Assembly (NCBI GenBank): GCA_943354965.1
Contig: CALRDN010000004.1
Coordinates: forward strand, 13,121 to 77,120
Direction: 5' to 3'
Source of the DNA: Candidatus Peribacteria bacterium
GTDB taxonomy: Bacteria > Patescibacteriota > Gracilibacteria > UBA1369 > UBA12463
Length of the DNA: 64,000 nucleotides
This document shows positions 50,911 to 60,522 of the stretch, in pieces. The first letter of the stretch is position 1. Every line of letters starts with the position of its first letter. The notes below the pieces were generated by a model, which did not search any database, had not been told where the DNA came from, and saw only the letters and a program-made list of their open reading frames with translations. Both the position numbers and the translations under genes were made by a program.

Positions 50911-51551
50911 AAAAAGCACTCGTACTTCACTCCGGAGGTCAGGATTCCACAACATGCTTAGCATGGGCCATGGAAAAATTCGATCAAATCGAAACGGTAA
51001 GTTTTGATTACGGCCAACGGCATAAAGTAGAGCTACAAGCCGCAAAACGCATCGCCAAAAAACTAAAACTCAAACACACCATCCTCAAAACGGATACTTT
51101 TTCTCAACTGGGGAAAAACGCCCTTACACACAAGATGAAAATCGAAAAAGGTAAAAATGGCCTACCGACAACATTCGTTCCGGGTAGAAATATTTTTTTT
51201 CTCACGATTGCCGCTGCGTACGCCTACTCTCACGGAATTACGGACATCGTGACTGGCGTCTGTCAGACCGATTATTCAGGCTATCCCGACTGTCGTGACG
51301 CAACGATACGTTTATTAGAGAAAACACTTTCCCTAGGTATGGATTACAATCTCAAAATTCACACTCCGCTCATGTTCCTCACAAAGGCGCAAACCGTTGA
51401 GATGATTGACGAGTTAGGATATTTTGATCTACTCAAACTCACACATACATGTTACGAAGGAAAGGCACCTCCCTGCGGTCGGTGCCCCGCCTGCAAACTC
51501 CGCGCAAAGGGCTTCAGAGAAGCAAAAAAACATGATCCACTTTTGAAGTAA
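50907..51551 (+). CDS. queC: 7-cyano-7-deazaguanine synthase QueC
   Basis: SGGQDS, YGQRH, VPGRN, YPDCR, C..CGRCPAC; ATGA overlap with queE. Confidence 0.95.
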   Translation: MKKALVLHSGGQDSTTCLAWAMEKFDQIETVSFDYGQRHKVELQAAKRIAKKLKLKHTILKTDTFSQLGKNALTHKMKIEKGKNGLPTTFVPGRNIFFLTIAAAYAYSHGITDIVTGVCQTDYSGYPDCRDATIRLLEKTLSLGMDYNLKIHTPLMFLTKAQTVEMIDELGYFDLLKLTHTCYEGKAPPCGRCPACKLRAKGFREAKKHDPLLK

Positions 51552-51569
51552 ATCTTCACACCTCACCTC

Positions 51570-52385
51570 ATGCTCCCCTATCCGAACATATCTCCCATTG
51601 CGCTCAGTCTTGGACCCGTGAAAATTCATTGGTACGGCATTATGTATCTCTTAACATTCGTAATCGCCTACTATCTCATCCCCATTTTTTTCAAAGAAAA
51701 AAAGATCCCAACCGACAAAGATACCGTCGCAGATCTGCTCCTCATGTCGCTTCTCGGAGTAATCTTAGGAGGTCGATTAGGCTACATTCTCTTCTATCAA
51801 CTTCCCCTCTATCTTCATCGCCCACTCGACGTATTCAAAATATGGGAGGGGGGCATGTCGTTCCACGGAGGAATGCTAGGCGTTATTTTAGGGTTTATTA
51901 TTTTTGCCAGAAAAAGAAAAATCAAACTATATCAGCTCACTGATGCCATTATTCCAATCATTCCCATAGGAATATTTCTCGTTCGAATCGGCAATTTCAT
52001 CAATGCCGAGCTCTATGGTCGCATCACGAATTCCGCAATCTGCATGCGCTTCCCGACCGATCCTTTCAACTGCCGCTATCCGTCACAACTCATCGAGGCT
52101 CTCCTGGAAGGTATCGTGCTTTTCGCCATACTTTTCTTCGCGCGCAGCAAGATCAAGACTCCGGGCGTCCTGAGCTGGATGTTCATTGCAGGATACGGTC
52201 TTCTTCGATTCTTCGCAGAATTTTTCCGTGAACCCGACGTCCAAATCGGATATCTTTGGAACATCATTACACTTGGTCAAATCTTCTCCATACTGATGGT
52301 TATTACTGGAACAATCGGAATGATATGGAGTCTCAAAAATGTGCGCACGCACACTTTGCACGTAGTAAATAATAAGGTAAAATAA
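51570..52385 (+). CDS. lgt: Prolipoprotein diacylglyceryl transferase
   Basis: WYG, GGRLGY, GGMSFHGG, RIGNFINAELYGR, EFFREPD. Confidence 0.96.
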   Translation: MLPYPNISPIALSLGPVKIHWYGIMYLLTFVIAYYLIPIFFKEKKIPTDKDTVADLLLMSLLGVILGGRLGYILFYQLPLYLHRPLDVFKIWEGGMSFHGGMLGVILGFIIFARKRKIKLYQLTDAIIPIIPIGIFLVRIGNFINAELYGRITNSAICMRFPTDPFNCRYPSQLIEALLEGIVLFAILFFARSKIKTPGVLSWMFIAGYGLLRFFAEFFREPDVQIGYLWNIITLGQIFSILMVITGTIGMIWSLKNVRTHTLHVVNNKVK

Positions 52386-52411
52386 CGCCGTATCCCTCAC
52401 CCATTCCTTTT

Positions 52412-52921
52412 ATGGAAAAGTCCTATCGACCTATAGACAAAAGAAGCAACAGCCAAAATCTCCTCCATGCGCTAAAAGCTAAGGCAGATGCCAAGCGAAG
52501 TTTTTCGGAAAAAGTTGCTGATTCCATGACGAGAATTTTCGGAAGCATCGGCTTCCTAACAGTCAATATACTCCTATTCGCTACATGGATATTGATCAAT
52601 ATCGGGTGGGTATCCGGAATAAAAGTATTCGACCCATTCCCATTCGGCCTACTAACCACTGCCGTATCACTTCAAGCAATTTTTCTCGCTATTATCGTAT
52701 TAATCTCACAAAACCGAGCTTCAAAAGTGGCTGACCTTCGCGAAGAAGTAGACTTACATATCGACATCATCAGCGAGCAAGAAATCACGAAAATACTTCA
52801 TCTCGTGAGCATGCTTTGCAAGAAAGAAGGAATTGATCTGGAACATGACAAATCCCTAAAAGACATGCTACGATCTATCGATACCGACAAAATAGAAACG
52901 GTCCTGGAGACACAGATATAA
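52412..52921 (+). CDS. DUF1003 membrane protein
   Basis: FDPFPFGLL...ISQNR. Confidence 0.9.
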   Translation: MEKSYRPIDKRSNSQNLLHALKAKADAKRSFSEKVADSMTRIFGSIGFLTVNILLFATWILINIGWVSGIKVFDPFPFGLLTTAVSLQAIFLAIIVLISQNRASKVADLREEVDLHIDIISEQEITKILHLVSMLCKKEGIDLEHDKSLKDMLRSIDTDKIETVLETQI

Positions 52922-53473
52922 TTATTGTTTCCATTTGATGGAACACCCCATCGAAGGAAGTTGAGCTGAATCAACTTTTTTATGATTAATAATAGCCTCG
53001 AGCGCAACGCGTAAATCTTGAGATGTTACCTTCGAAATATCCCTCCAGTTATTATCAATGCGTCCATGATACTGTAGCGCACGCTGGTCATCGTATACAA
53101 AAACATCCGGAGTGCAGACCGCTTTATATGCTTTCGCTATCTGTTGTGTCTCATCGCGTAAATAAGGGAAATTCATGTCTCTCTCACGGGCGAACACCTT
53201 CATCGCCTCGAAATCATCTTCGGGAACATCCAAAGCATCATTCGGATTAATGCCAATGAAACGCACTCCGCGATCAATAAAATCCCGTTGTAGTGCTATC
53301 AGCCTCTCAATACAAGCTTGCACATAAGGGCAGTGATTACACATAAAAACAATAACCAAAATAGATCTTTCCTTGAAATCAACGAATGAATATACATTTC
53401 CATCTACGCCCTTAAGCTGAAAATCAGGAGCAATCGTACCGAGCGGAACATCAATGGATTCAAGTAATGACAT
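52922..53473 (-). CDS. Thioredoxin family protein (AhpC/TSA-like)
   Basis: CNHCPYV, AVCTPD, YHGRID, SMGCSIKW. Confidence 0.93.
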   Translation of the reverse strand: MSLLESIDVPLGTIAPDFQLKGVDGNVYSFVDFKERSILVIVFMCNHCPYVQACIERLIALQRDFIDRGVRFIGINPNDALDVPEDDFEAMKVFARERDMNFPYLRDETQQIAKAYKAVCTPDVFVYDDQRALQYHGRIDNNWRDISKVTSQDLRVALEAIINHKKVDSAQLPSMGCSIKWKQ

Positions 53474-53553
53474 AATAATGAGGATAAAAACTACCTTCTC
53501 GCAGTATAGGTTTAGTGCTAGAATTAGGCAAGCAACGCCTTTTTCAGCAAGCC

Positions 53554-54360
53554 ATGATCCAATCCAAAGCCGATCTCCACTTCCACACCTGGCACTCTAT
53601 TGACTCCTTCATCTCTCCGAAGGACGCTGTAAAAATGGCCGTAAAAAAAGATATCAAAGTGTTGGCTGTTACCGACCATGACACCATCGAAGGGGCAAAA
53701 GCGGCACGCAATTACGCCATCAAAAACAATCTCCCCGTTGAAATAATTATCGGAGAAGAAATTTATACCAATGGTGGACACGTGATAGGACTTTTTCTCA
53801 CAAAACGAGTGCCATCATTTCAATCCCTCGAAGAAACGCTCATACAGATAAAAGAACAAGAAGGATTAGCTATTATTCCTCATCTCATGTTCGAAGAGGA
53901 CGCACTGGGAGAATACATCTATCGATATCAGGTATGCTATCTCGACCTCATAAATAGACCCGATTTATTGGCTATGGTGGATGCTATCGAAGTTCAAAAC
54001 TTTGGTCTCATCGAACCGCAATACTTCGAAAAGACTCACTTCATTAACGAAAAATTCCTTCAAAAAGCAGAGGTAAGTTCGAGTGATTGTCATATAAAAA
54101 TGAATTTCGGTCATACTTTTTCCCTCTTTGATGGAGAAACGGCTGATGACTTGAGAGAAGCCATACAAGAACGGAAGACAACTCCTCTGTGCATAAAAAA
54201 ACAAAACTTCATCCAGCAAGTATTTGGATGGGGACCTATCATCAAACTTCCAGTTCATATTACTCTGCAGTTCACCTATCGCATCATTGAAGGCATATAC
54301 ACCAGAACAAGAGACTCTCTCAGACGACGGTATCCGATAAAGGATCAGAAGTCGGCATAA
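53554..54360 (+). CDS. PHP-domain phosphoesterase
   Basis: DLHFHT..S.D, TDHD, SSDCH. Confidence 0.9.
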   Translation: MIQSKADLHFHTWHSIDSFISPKDAVKMAVKKDIKVLAVTDHDTIEGAKAARNYAIKNNLPVEIIIGEEIYTNGGHVIGLFLTKRVPSFQSLEETLIQIKEQEGLAIIPHLMFEEDALGEYIYRYQVCYLDLINRPDLLAMVDAIEVQNFGLIEPQYFEKTHFINEKFLQKAEVSSSDCHIKMNFGHTFSLFDGETADDLREAIQERKTTPLCIKKQNFIQQVFGWGPIIKLPVHITLQFTYRIIEGIYTRTRDSLRRRYPIKDQKSA

Positions 54361-54361
54361 C

Positions 54362-54390
54362 AAAAAAGAGTCTCAATAGATTGAGACTCT
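54362..54390 (-). terminator. Terminator between convergent PHP gene and rpmB
   Basis: AGAGTCTCAA-4nt-TTGAGACTCT, T-run on minus strand. Confidence 0.8.
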
Positions 54391-54411
54391 CTTAAATTTT
54401 ATATGTGAATA

Positions 54412-54606
54412 CTACTTAGATCGCTTGTCGAGAACCTTCAAGCCCTGAGTGGAAACCTTGATTCTCTCAAAACGCTTCTTCAATGGGTTCCAAACACGCT
54501 TCCAAAGCAAGTTAGGCAAAAACCTACGCTTAGTGTGGCGCATGGAGTGACTGACGTTATTTCCAGCTAATGGCCTCTTTCCTGTGATTGAGCAGACGTT
54601 TGACAT
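54412..54606 (-). CDS. rpmB: 50S ribosomal protein L28
   Basis: MSNVCSITGKRPLAGNNVSHSMRHTKRRFLPNL. Confidence 0.96.
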   Translation of the reverse strand: MSNVCSITGKRPLAGNNVSHSMRHTKRRFLPNLLWKRVWNPLKKRFERIKVSTQGLKVLDKRSK

Positions 54607-54754
54607 AAAATTGACGTTTAAAATACTTCGCTGAAGCTGGAACAATCTACCAAGAGATCTAGAGAAAAGCAAGCCAAAAGTCAGCTTTAGGCTCTACTTG
54701 TCACCATTTCGAAAGCATGGGAAACTGGAGCCATTCATTGACCAATACATTCAC

Positions 54755-56167
54755 ATGTCATCAAAAAACCCTTCTACTCGAACCGAAAACGACGCAATCG
54801 GCAATATTGAAGTGCCCAAGAATGCCTACTATGGCTCCTTCACCACTAGAGCACTAGAAAACTTCAAGATAAGTGGAATTACCGCTCCATGTAGCTTCAG
54901 AAAGGCAATCGCCTGCGTAAAATATGCCGCTGCCGAGACAAATCTCGAACTTAAAAAACTCGACCCTACATTAGCAAAAGCCATGATTACCGCCCTGCAG
55001 GAGTTCATCGGAGGACAGTTTGATCATGAGTATATGATCGATATTTTTCAGGCAGGCGCAGGGACACCATACAACATGAACCTCAACGAAATTATCGCCA
55101 ACCGAGCCAATGAGATACTCGATCCGAAGTCCGTAAAAGGATCGTACACGCCGGTAAATCCGAATAATCATGTAAACATGGCACAGTCGAGCAACGATGC
55201 TATTCCTACGGCCGTACGTATCGCAATCGCTTGGGAGTCGGAAGATCTGCAGCAGGAGATGAAAAACTTCATCGCGGCACTCAGGAGAAAAGCAAAAAAA
55301 TTCGCCAAAATTCTCAAGGTCGGACGCACGCATTTACAAGACGCCGTACCAGTTACCCTCGGCCAAGAGTTCGAGTCGCTCGCCGTCGCCGTAGAAAAAG
55401 ACCTGGCGCAGCTGAAACACGCCACCACCCTACTCTATGAAATTGGCCTCGGGGGCACCGCACTCGGCACGGGGATCAATACTCACAAGCAGTATCAAAA
55501 ACTCGTTACACGTCACTTAGCGAAGCTCACGGGTCTTCCACTCAAACCCACCGCCAATCTCTTCGAGACGACAAGTAATATGAATGTGTTCACGAGTGTC
55601 TCATCCGCCATCAGGAATTGCGCCATCACGATGCAGCGCATCGCCCAAGACCTCAAACTTCTCAACATGGGACCACTTGGCGGTATCGGAGAAATTATCC
55701 TTCCGGAAGTCGAACCGGGTTCATCCATCATGCCGGGAAAAGTTAATCCATCTGTTCCCGAGTGCATCCAGATGATCGCCTTCCAGGTTCAGGGCAATGA
55801 CCGTGCCGTCGAACTCTGCGTCATGCACGGCCAGCTCGAGCTCAACGTGATGACCCCGTTAATTCTCAAAACACTCACGGAAAACTGCTCACTCCTCCGC
55901 AACGGACTCGAGATGTTCCGCACCTTCTGCATCGACTCAATCATCGCCAATGAAAAACGCTGCCAAGAACTCCTAGAAAAATCTCTATGCGTAGCCACCG
56001 GCCTCAATCCCTACCTCGGATATCATCTCGTCGCCGAACTCGTCAACGAAGCACTGAAGCGAAAAACATCACTTCACGCGCTCATCCTCGAGAAAAAACT
56101 TATGCCAAAAGACAAGCTGGATGAAGTTCTCAATCCAAAAAATCTCACACAGCCGAACATCGGTTAA
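54755..56167 (+). CDS. Aspartate ammonia-lyase / class II fumarase
   Basis: QSSND, GRTHLQDAVP, GSSIMPGKVNP, GQLELNV; AspA versus FumC not resolvable by eye. Confidence 0.9.
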   Translation: MSSKNPSTRTENDAIGNIEVPKNAYYGSFTTRALENFKISGITAPCSFRKAIACVKYAAAETNLELKKLDPTLAKAMITALQEFIGGQFDHEYMIDIFQAGAGTPYNMNLNEIIANRANEILDPKSVKGSYTPVNPNNHVNMAQSSNDAIPTAVRIAIAWESEDLQQEMKNFIAALRRKAKKFAKILKVGRTHLQDAVPVTLGQEFESLAVAVEKDLAQLKHATTLLYEIGLGGTALGTGINTHKQYQKLVTRHLAKLTGLPLKPTANLFETTSNMNVFTSVSSAIRNCAITMQRIAQDLKLLNMGPLGGIGEIILPEVEPGSSIMPGKVNPSVPECIQMIAFQVQGNDRAVELCVMHGQLELNVMTPLILKTLTENCSLLRNGLEMFRTFCIDSIIANEKRCQELLEKSLCVATGLNPYLGYHLVAELVNEALKRKTSLHALILEKKLMPKDKLDEVLNPKNLTQPNIG

Positions 56168-56169
56168 AT

Positions 56170-57432
56170 TTAGACCAAATCCCCCACCCCGGCCACATCG
56201 GTCAACACCGCGGACTCCACTCCACGCGCGATCAACGCTGCGGCAATTCCAGGTAACTCTTTGCGATCATTGAACAATAACGCCGCATTCAACCTAAATA
56301 CTTTTGAGCCGTGTGTTAGTACCGTGATATACATTTGCTGACCGGCTCCAGGGCGTGCCACGGGCAAGATTTTCTCTCTAAACTCCTTCTCGCTTCCATG
56401 AAACACTCCGGTAAAACTGAGTAATGATTTTTTGATAATATTATTTCGAGCCAAGAAATCATAAACCGTCATGCCAGTCATACGGAAGTTCGGATCCACA
56501 AAATAAAATCGTTCGTCTTCAGTCATCAAGATATCAAAACCTCCCACTCCATACCATCCACGACGTCGTACCTCAGGCAAAATCTTCTCCAACAATACTT
56601 TATTTAATGGCTCAAAAAGCGGATCTTCCAAGCAATCTTCAATAATGCCACCCAAAAATGATCCATTCGGAGCAATCAACTGCTCGTGCCAGTTAATAAT
56701 TTCAATATCTTTTGAATTGTCATGCGGTACGCCGAACTGCACAGCAAAATTTCGATGAATTTTCACATACTCGCTCGCCTGAATCATACCCTCCAAGTGA
56801 CCAAAATCAGCAACTGCCCTATCTAAATCCTCCTGCGTGTGACAAATTCTCACACCATCACCGGATGAAGATGAAGTTACCTTGATAACACATGGAAGTG
56901 GCAACTGATTCACCTGTTGAAAACAAGCTCCATCCATAAACTCCTCATAAATCTCAGGTAAATACGCCTTCGGAATATATGAACTCATATTTCTCTTATC
57001 GTTCAACCAAATACTTCGATGTGGCGGAATCTGGAAAAATTCTTTGGCGCGAGGGTCCAAATACGGCTGTGCCATAACCAATTTATGCGGCTCAGCTAAA
57101 TCAAATAATGCATTTTTAATTAATTTATTTCTCTTGGAACCTCTCACTTTTCCCGTAATATTTTTTGGCAATAAAATAATCTGTTTTCTATCGACGCGAA
57201 TCACATCCAAATCATCTTTCAAAATTCGAAACGGTACACTATCCAAACATGCTGTGAAACATACCACCTTCACATTAGGACCAGCACACACCATCGGCCT
57301 TCCCGAAACCATCTCCTCTATCTCCGGCGGAACACCATTAAAAAAATGAGAATCCTCATCAGCAGGATATCCATAGAAATACTCCGTACCTTCCGGGAAA
57401 TAGCGAGAGAGTGAATATTTAGGTAATGACAT
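56170..57432 (-). CDS. ATP-grasp ligase (LdmS/PGM1-like), paralog A
   Basis: LNDK, VIKVTSSSSGDGV, GWYGVGGFD, DPNFRMTG. Confidence 0.82.
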   Translation of the reverse strand: MSLPKYSLSRYFPEGTEYFYGYPADEDSHFFNGVPPEIEEMVSGRPMVCAGPNVKVVCFTACLDSVPFRILKDDLDVIRVDRKQIILLPKNITGKVRGSKRNKLIKNALFDLAEPHKLVMAQPYLDPRAKEFFQIPPHRSIWLNDKRNMSSYIPKAYLPEIYEEFMDGACFQQVNQLPLPCVIKVTSSSSGDGVRICHTQEDLDRAVADFGHLEGMIQASEYVKIHRNFAVQFGVPHDNSKDIEIINWHEQLIAPNGSFLGGIIEDCLEDPLFEPLNKVLLEKILPEVRRRGWYGVGGFDILMTEDERFYFVDPNFRMTGMTVYDFLARNNIIKKSLLSFTGVFHGSEKEFREKILPVARPGAGQQMYITVLTHGSKVFRLNAALLFNDRKELPGIAAALIARGVESAVLTDVAGVGDLV

Positions 57433-57541
57433 GAAAGTTAAAAAACGAATAGGAATAGGCAAAAACAACGAAAATAGTATACATCATTATAAGAGAAAAA
57501 GCTAGTTCAGGGACTGGAAATACCCCCAAAAGCCGAGTAAA

Positions 57542-58885
57542 ATGTATGCAATGAATAAAAGCACAAAAGACCGCAGCCAGAAGCTCGTCCTCAAGCTCCT
57601 CCAAGAAAAACCACGAGGGACAAAAGGAACGCTCGTTCATATTGCAAAGAACATAATCTCGCAGAGGAAAGCCCTTATGGAACATGCTGCAGCCCACCGG
57701 TCCCCTCTCTATCTCATTGATGAGAATCATCTCCATAGTGATGTGCAGGCCTTCATGAAGGGATTTGACGCACACCTTCCCGGCCACGAGGCCTATTACG
57801 CGGTGAAGGCAAACTATCATCCATTTATTCTCAAAAAAGTAGTTCAGGATGGGCTCGGTCTCGATGTCTCAAGTGAGCGAGAACTAAAACTCGCCCTAGA
57901 GGCAGGTGCCAAAAAAATCCTCTTCAGCGGTCCAGGAAAAAGCGAACAAGATCTACAACTCGCCCTAAAACACGCCGATATTCTTACGGTGAATATGGAC
58001 AGTTTCGAGGAACTCGATCGTCTAGGAAAACTCACCAATCAAACCAAAACGCATATCCGTGCCGGAATACGTTTTTTTTCCTCCGTTCACGGAGCCTGGT
58101 CGAAATTCGGCATACCCCTCAACCAACTCAAAAAATTTTGGACCACGGCAGAAAAATACCCCTATATTCATCTCGAAGGACTTCACTTCCATATAAGCCT
58201 CAATCTCAAATCAGAAAAATACTCGCAAGTTCTCCGTGAACTCGCCGCATATTTAGAAAAAGATTTCACGAAAAAATTACGAGAAAAAATTAAGTTCATC
58301 GATATTGGAGGTGGCTATTATCCCGACAACGTCGAGGGATTTTATCCTTGGTCCGATCACTACCCATGGACACTTTCCGGCGGCCACATCAAGAAACTCG
58401 CCCATGAATACTACGGAGAAAAAGCATCGTTCAAAGACAAATACTTCATCACCCGAGCTGAGTCCCAAGAAGAAATGGCAAAAAAAATCGGCCAAACCAT
58501 AGAGAAGCATCTGAAGAAACTCGTTAACTGCGTCTACTACACCGAACCAGGCCGTATACTCGTCAACAACTCCACCTACATCATCGGAACCGTCATGGAC
58601 GTGAAGGACAAGGTCGTCATTACGGATATAGGTATCAACGCTACGGGCTGGGAGTTCGGGCAACACTTCTATATGCCAATTGTGAATCTCACCCACCCGG
58701 ATACAAAGGAAAAAGAAATACTCGTTTATGGATCCCTCTGCACTCCGCGAGACTTCTGGGGATATTACATTTATGCCAAAACCGTGAAAACAGGTGACCT
58801 CATCGTCATCCCAAATCAGGGCGCCTACAAGTTCACACTCGCGCAAACGTTCATCAAGGAGATTCCCCCAACGTTTACAATCTAG
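57542..58885 (+). CDS. Fold-type III PLP decarboxylase (LysA/ODC family)
   Basis: YYAVKAN, DVSS..E, GPGK, SKFG, HFHI, DIGGG, EPGR, GSLC, GAY. Confidence 0.9.
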   Translation: MYAMNKSTKDRSQKLVLKLLQEKPRGTKGTLVHIAKNIISQRKALMEHAAAHRSPLYLIDENHLHSDVQAFMKGFDAHLPGHEAYYAVKANYHPFILKKVVQDGLGLDVSSERELKLALEAGAKKILFSGPGKSEQDLQLALKHADILTVNMDSFEELDRLGKLTNQTKTHIRAGIRFFSSVHGAWSKFGIPLNQLKKFWTTAEKYPYIHLEGLHFHISLNLKSEKYSQVLRELAAYLEKDFTKKLREKIKFIDIGGGYYPDNVEGFYPWSDHYPWTLSGGHIKKLAHEYYGEKASFKDKYFITRAESQEEMAKKIGQTIEKHLKKLVNCVYYTEPGRILVNNSTYIIGTVMDVKDKVVITDIGINATGWEFGQHFYMPIVNLTHPDTKEKEILVYGSLCTPRDFWGYYIYAKTVKTGDLIVIPNQGAYKFTLAQTFIKEIPPTFTI

Positions 58886-58903
58886 TTAACATCGCGACTT
58901 ATA

Positions 58904-60250
58904 TTAGAGCCTATCTGTTTTGACGAGCGTGCTCAACGAAGAAGACTCAACTCCAAGATCCAAAAGTCTCTGGGCATTTAATTTCAATGATGCAGCAGTA
59001 TCAAACAAAATTCCCGCATTGAAACGGAAGAGTCCGTCACGATGTGTAAGGGCGATAACACTCATGATCTGATCGCTGTGTCCTTTTCGTCCCAGTGGGG
59101 CAATCTTATTCAAGAAATCATCATAAGAGCCACGGAACAATCCGGCAAAACTAGCAGTAGCATGCGAAACCTGATGCGTCTGGTGCAAATAAATAAACGT
59201 AAACGTCGCCGTCATACGGAAGTTCGAATCGATGAAGTAGAACTCATTCTCATCAACAATCAAAACATCAATACCTCCAACACCGTACCAACCCATCGAA
59301 CGAACCTTCGGAAGAATTTCATTCAAGAGAACCTTGTTGACGTTTTCTATACCGGAAACTGTCTTCGAAGGATCTACAATTCCAGCCAAAAATCCACCAT
59401 GCTCCGTCGTCACCTGCTCATTATATCCAAGCATTTGAATTGGCTGAGTAGGATCCGCAGGAATACCGAATTGGACACATAAATTATGAGCACTCCGTAT
59501 AAACTGCTCAATAATAATCGTCGTAGTGATATTAGAAAATTCCTTCTTGATCGCCTCAAGCTCGGCCTGATCCATGGCGATACGTACGCCATCTCCGGAA
59601 CTGGAAGAAGAGACTTTGATAACCGATGGGAATGGAATATTCGCTGTGGATTGAGCAAACTCTTGACCATTCATATACGTTCCCAAAATCTTCGGTACGT
59701 ATTTTTCTGAAATGTACTGCTCTCTACTAAATTTATCATTAAGATTAATCGTTACCCTAGGAGGAATCTGATACAGGTGCTGAAGATGTTCATCCATGAA
59801 TGGTTGCGCCTGAATAAGCTGTCCCGAAGAAAGAGATGAAGCAATGGACTCCTTCACAAGACGGTTTCTCTCTTCTCCGGAAATATGATTTGTTACCGCG
59901 CTGGAAAGACGAATAGCCGAGCTCTTCTCTATCAATTCGACACCAAAATGCTGTGTCATGATATCCCATGTCAACGGATCCATTGATGGAGAAAATACAA
60001 CGCCTTTTACATTCGGACCAGCACATACGAGGCTTCGTGCAGCCACTAACTCTTCCATCCACGGCGGAACCCCATTGAAAAAGCTCGAGTCCTGACCCGA
60101 TGGAAATGAATAAAAATAAGCCGTATTGGAAGGAAAAAACTCTGACAACCCCTGAAAAGTTCGGGGAGTTGGAGTTGGATGAACGAGTTGAGATGAGCTG
60201 AGAGTAGGTGCGTATCCGTTTCTGATCTGTAAGGCTCCAATAGGTGTCAT
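58904..60250 (-). CDS. ATP-grasp ligase (LdmS/PGM1-like), paralog B
   Basis: LNDK, VIKVSSSSSGDGV, GWYGVGGID, DSNFRMTA; clearly homologous to 56170-57432. Confidence 0.82.
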   Translation of the reverse strand: MTPIGALQIRNGYAPTLSSSQLVHPTPTPRTFQGLSEFFPSNTAYFYSFPSGQDSSFFNGVPPWMEELVAARSLVCAGPNVKGVVFSPSMDPLTWDIMTQHFGVELIEKSSAIRLSSAVTNHISGEERNRLVKESIASSLSSGQLIQAQPFMDEHLQHLYQIPPRVTINLNDKFSREQYISEKYVPKILGTYMNGQEFAQSTANIPFPSVIKVSSSSSGDGVRIAMDQAELEAIKKEFSNITTTIIIEQFIRSAHNLCVQFGIPADPTQPIQMLGYNEQVTTEHGGFLAGIVDPSKTVSGIENVNKVLLNEILPKVRSMGWYGVGGIDVLIVDENEFYFIDSNFRMTATFTFIYLHQTHQVSHATASFAGLFRGSYDDFLNKIAPLGRKGHSDQIMSVIALTHRDGLFRFNAGILFDTAASLKLNAQRLLDLGVESSSLSTLVKTDRL

Positions 60251-60293
60251 ATAATGACATAAAGAAATAAAACCATCCGACGAGTAGCGTACG

Positions 60294-60324
60294 AAAAAAC
60301 GCCACAGAATATCAATTCTTATGG
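60294..60324 (-). terminator. Terminator-like hairpin in the leader of ATP-grasp B
   Basis: CCATAAGAAT-TGAT-ATTCTGTGG then CGTTTTTT, about 45 nt before the start codon. Confidence 0.55.
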
Positions 60325-60399
60325 GACTATAGGTAGCTGTCTCTCAACCGCCGCGGCGGGTAAAGGATCTTCCGAAAAATGTTCGAGTTGAGAGTTCAT
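60319..60399 (-). CDS. Putative 26-aa leader/precursor peptide MNSQLEHFSEDPLPAAAVERQLPIVP
   Basis: ATG-TAA ORF about 20 nt downstream of TTGATT-17-TAACGT promoter (60448-60420). Confidence 0.4.
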   Translation of the reverse strand: MNSQLEHFSEDPLPAAAVERQLPIVP

Positions 60400-60452
60400 A
60401 ACGATTTTTATCGCAAGAAACGTTATCCCCGAACAAAATAAAAATCAAGAGA

Positions 60453-60497
60453 AAATAGAGCATTGTAGCTTAAGTTTGGCTACAGGATGCTCTATTT
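60453..60497 (-). terminator. Long hairpin terminating upstream gene
   Basis: AAATAGAGCAT..TGTAGC / GCTACA-ATGCTCTATTT. Confidence 0.7.
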
Positions 60498-60522
60498 ACA
60501 CTTCGACAAATACGTCGTTATG

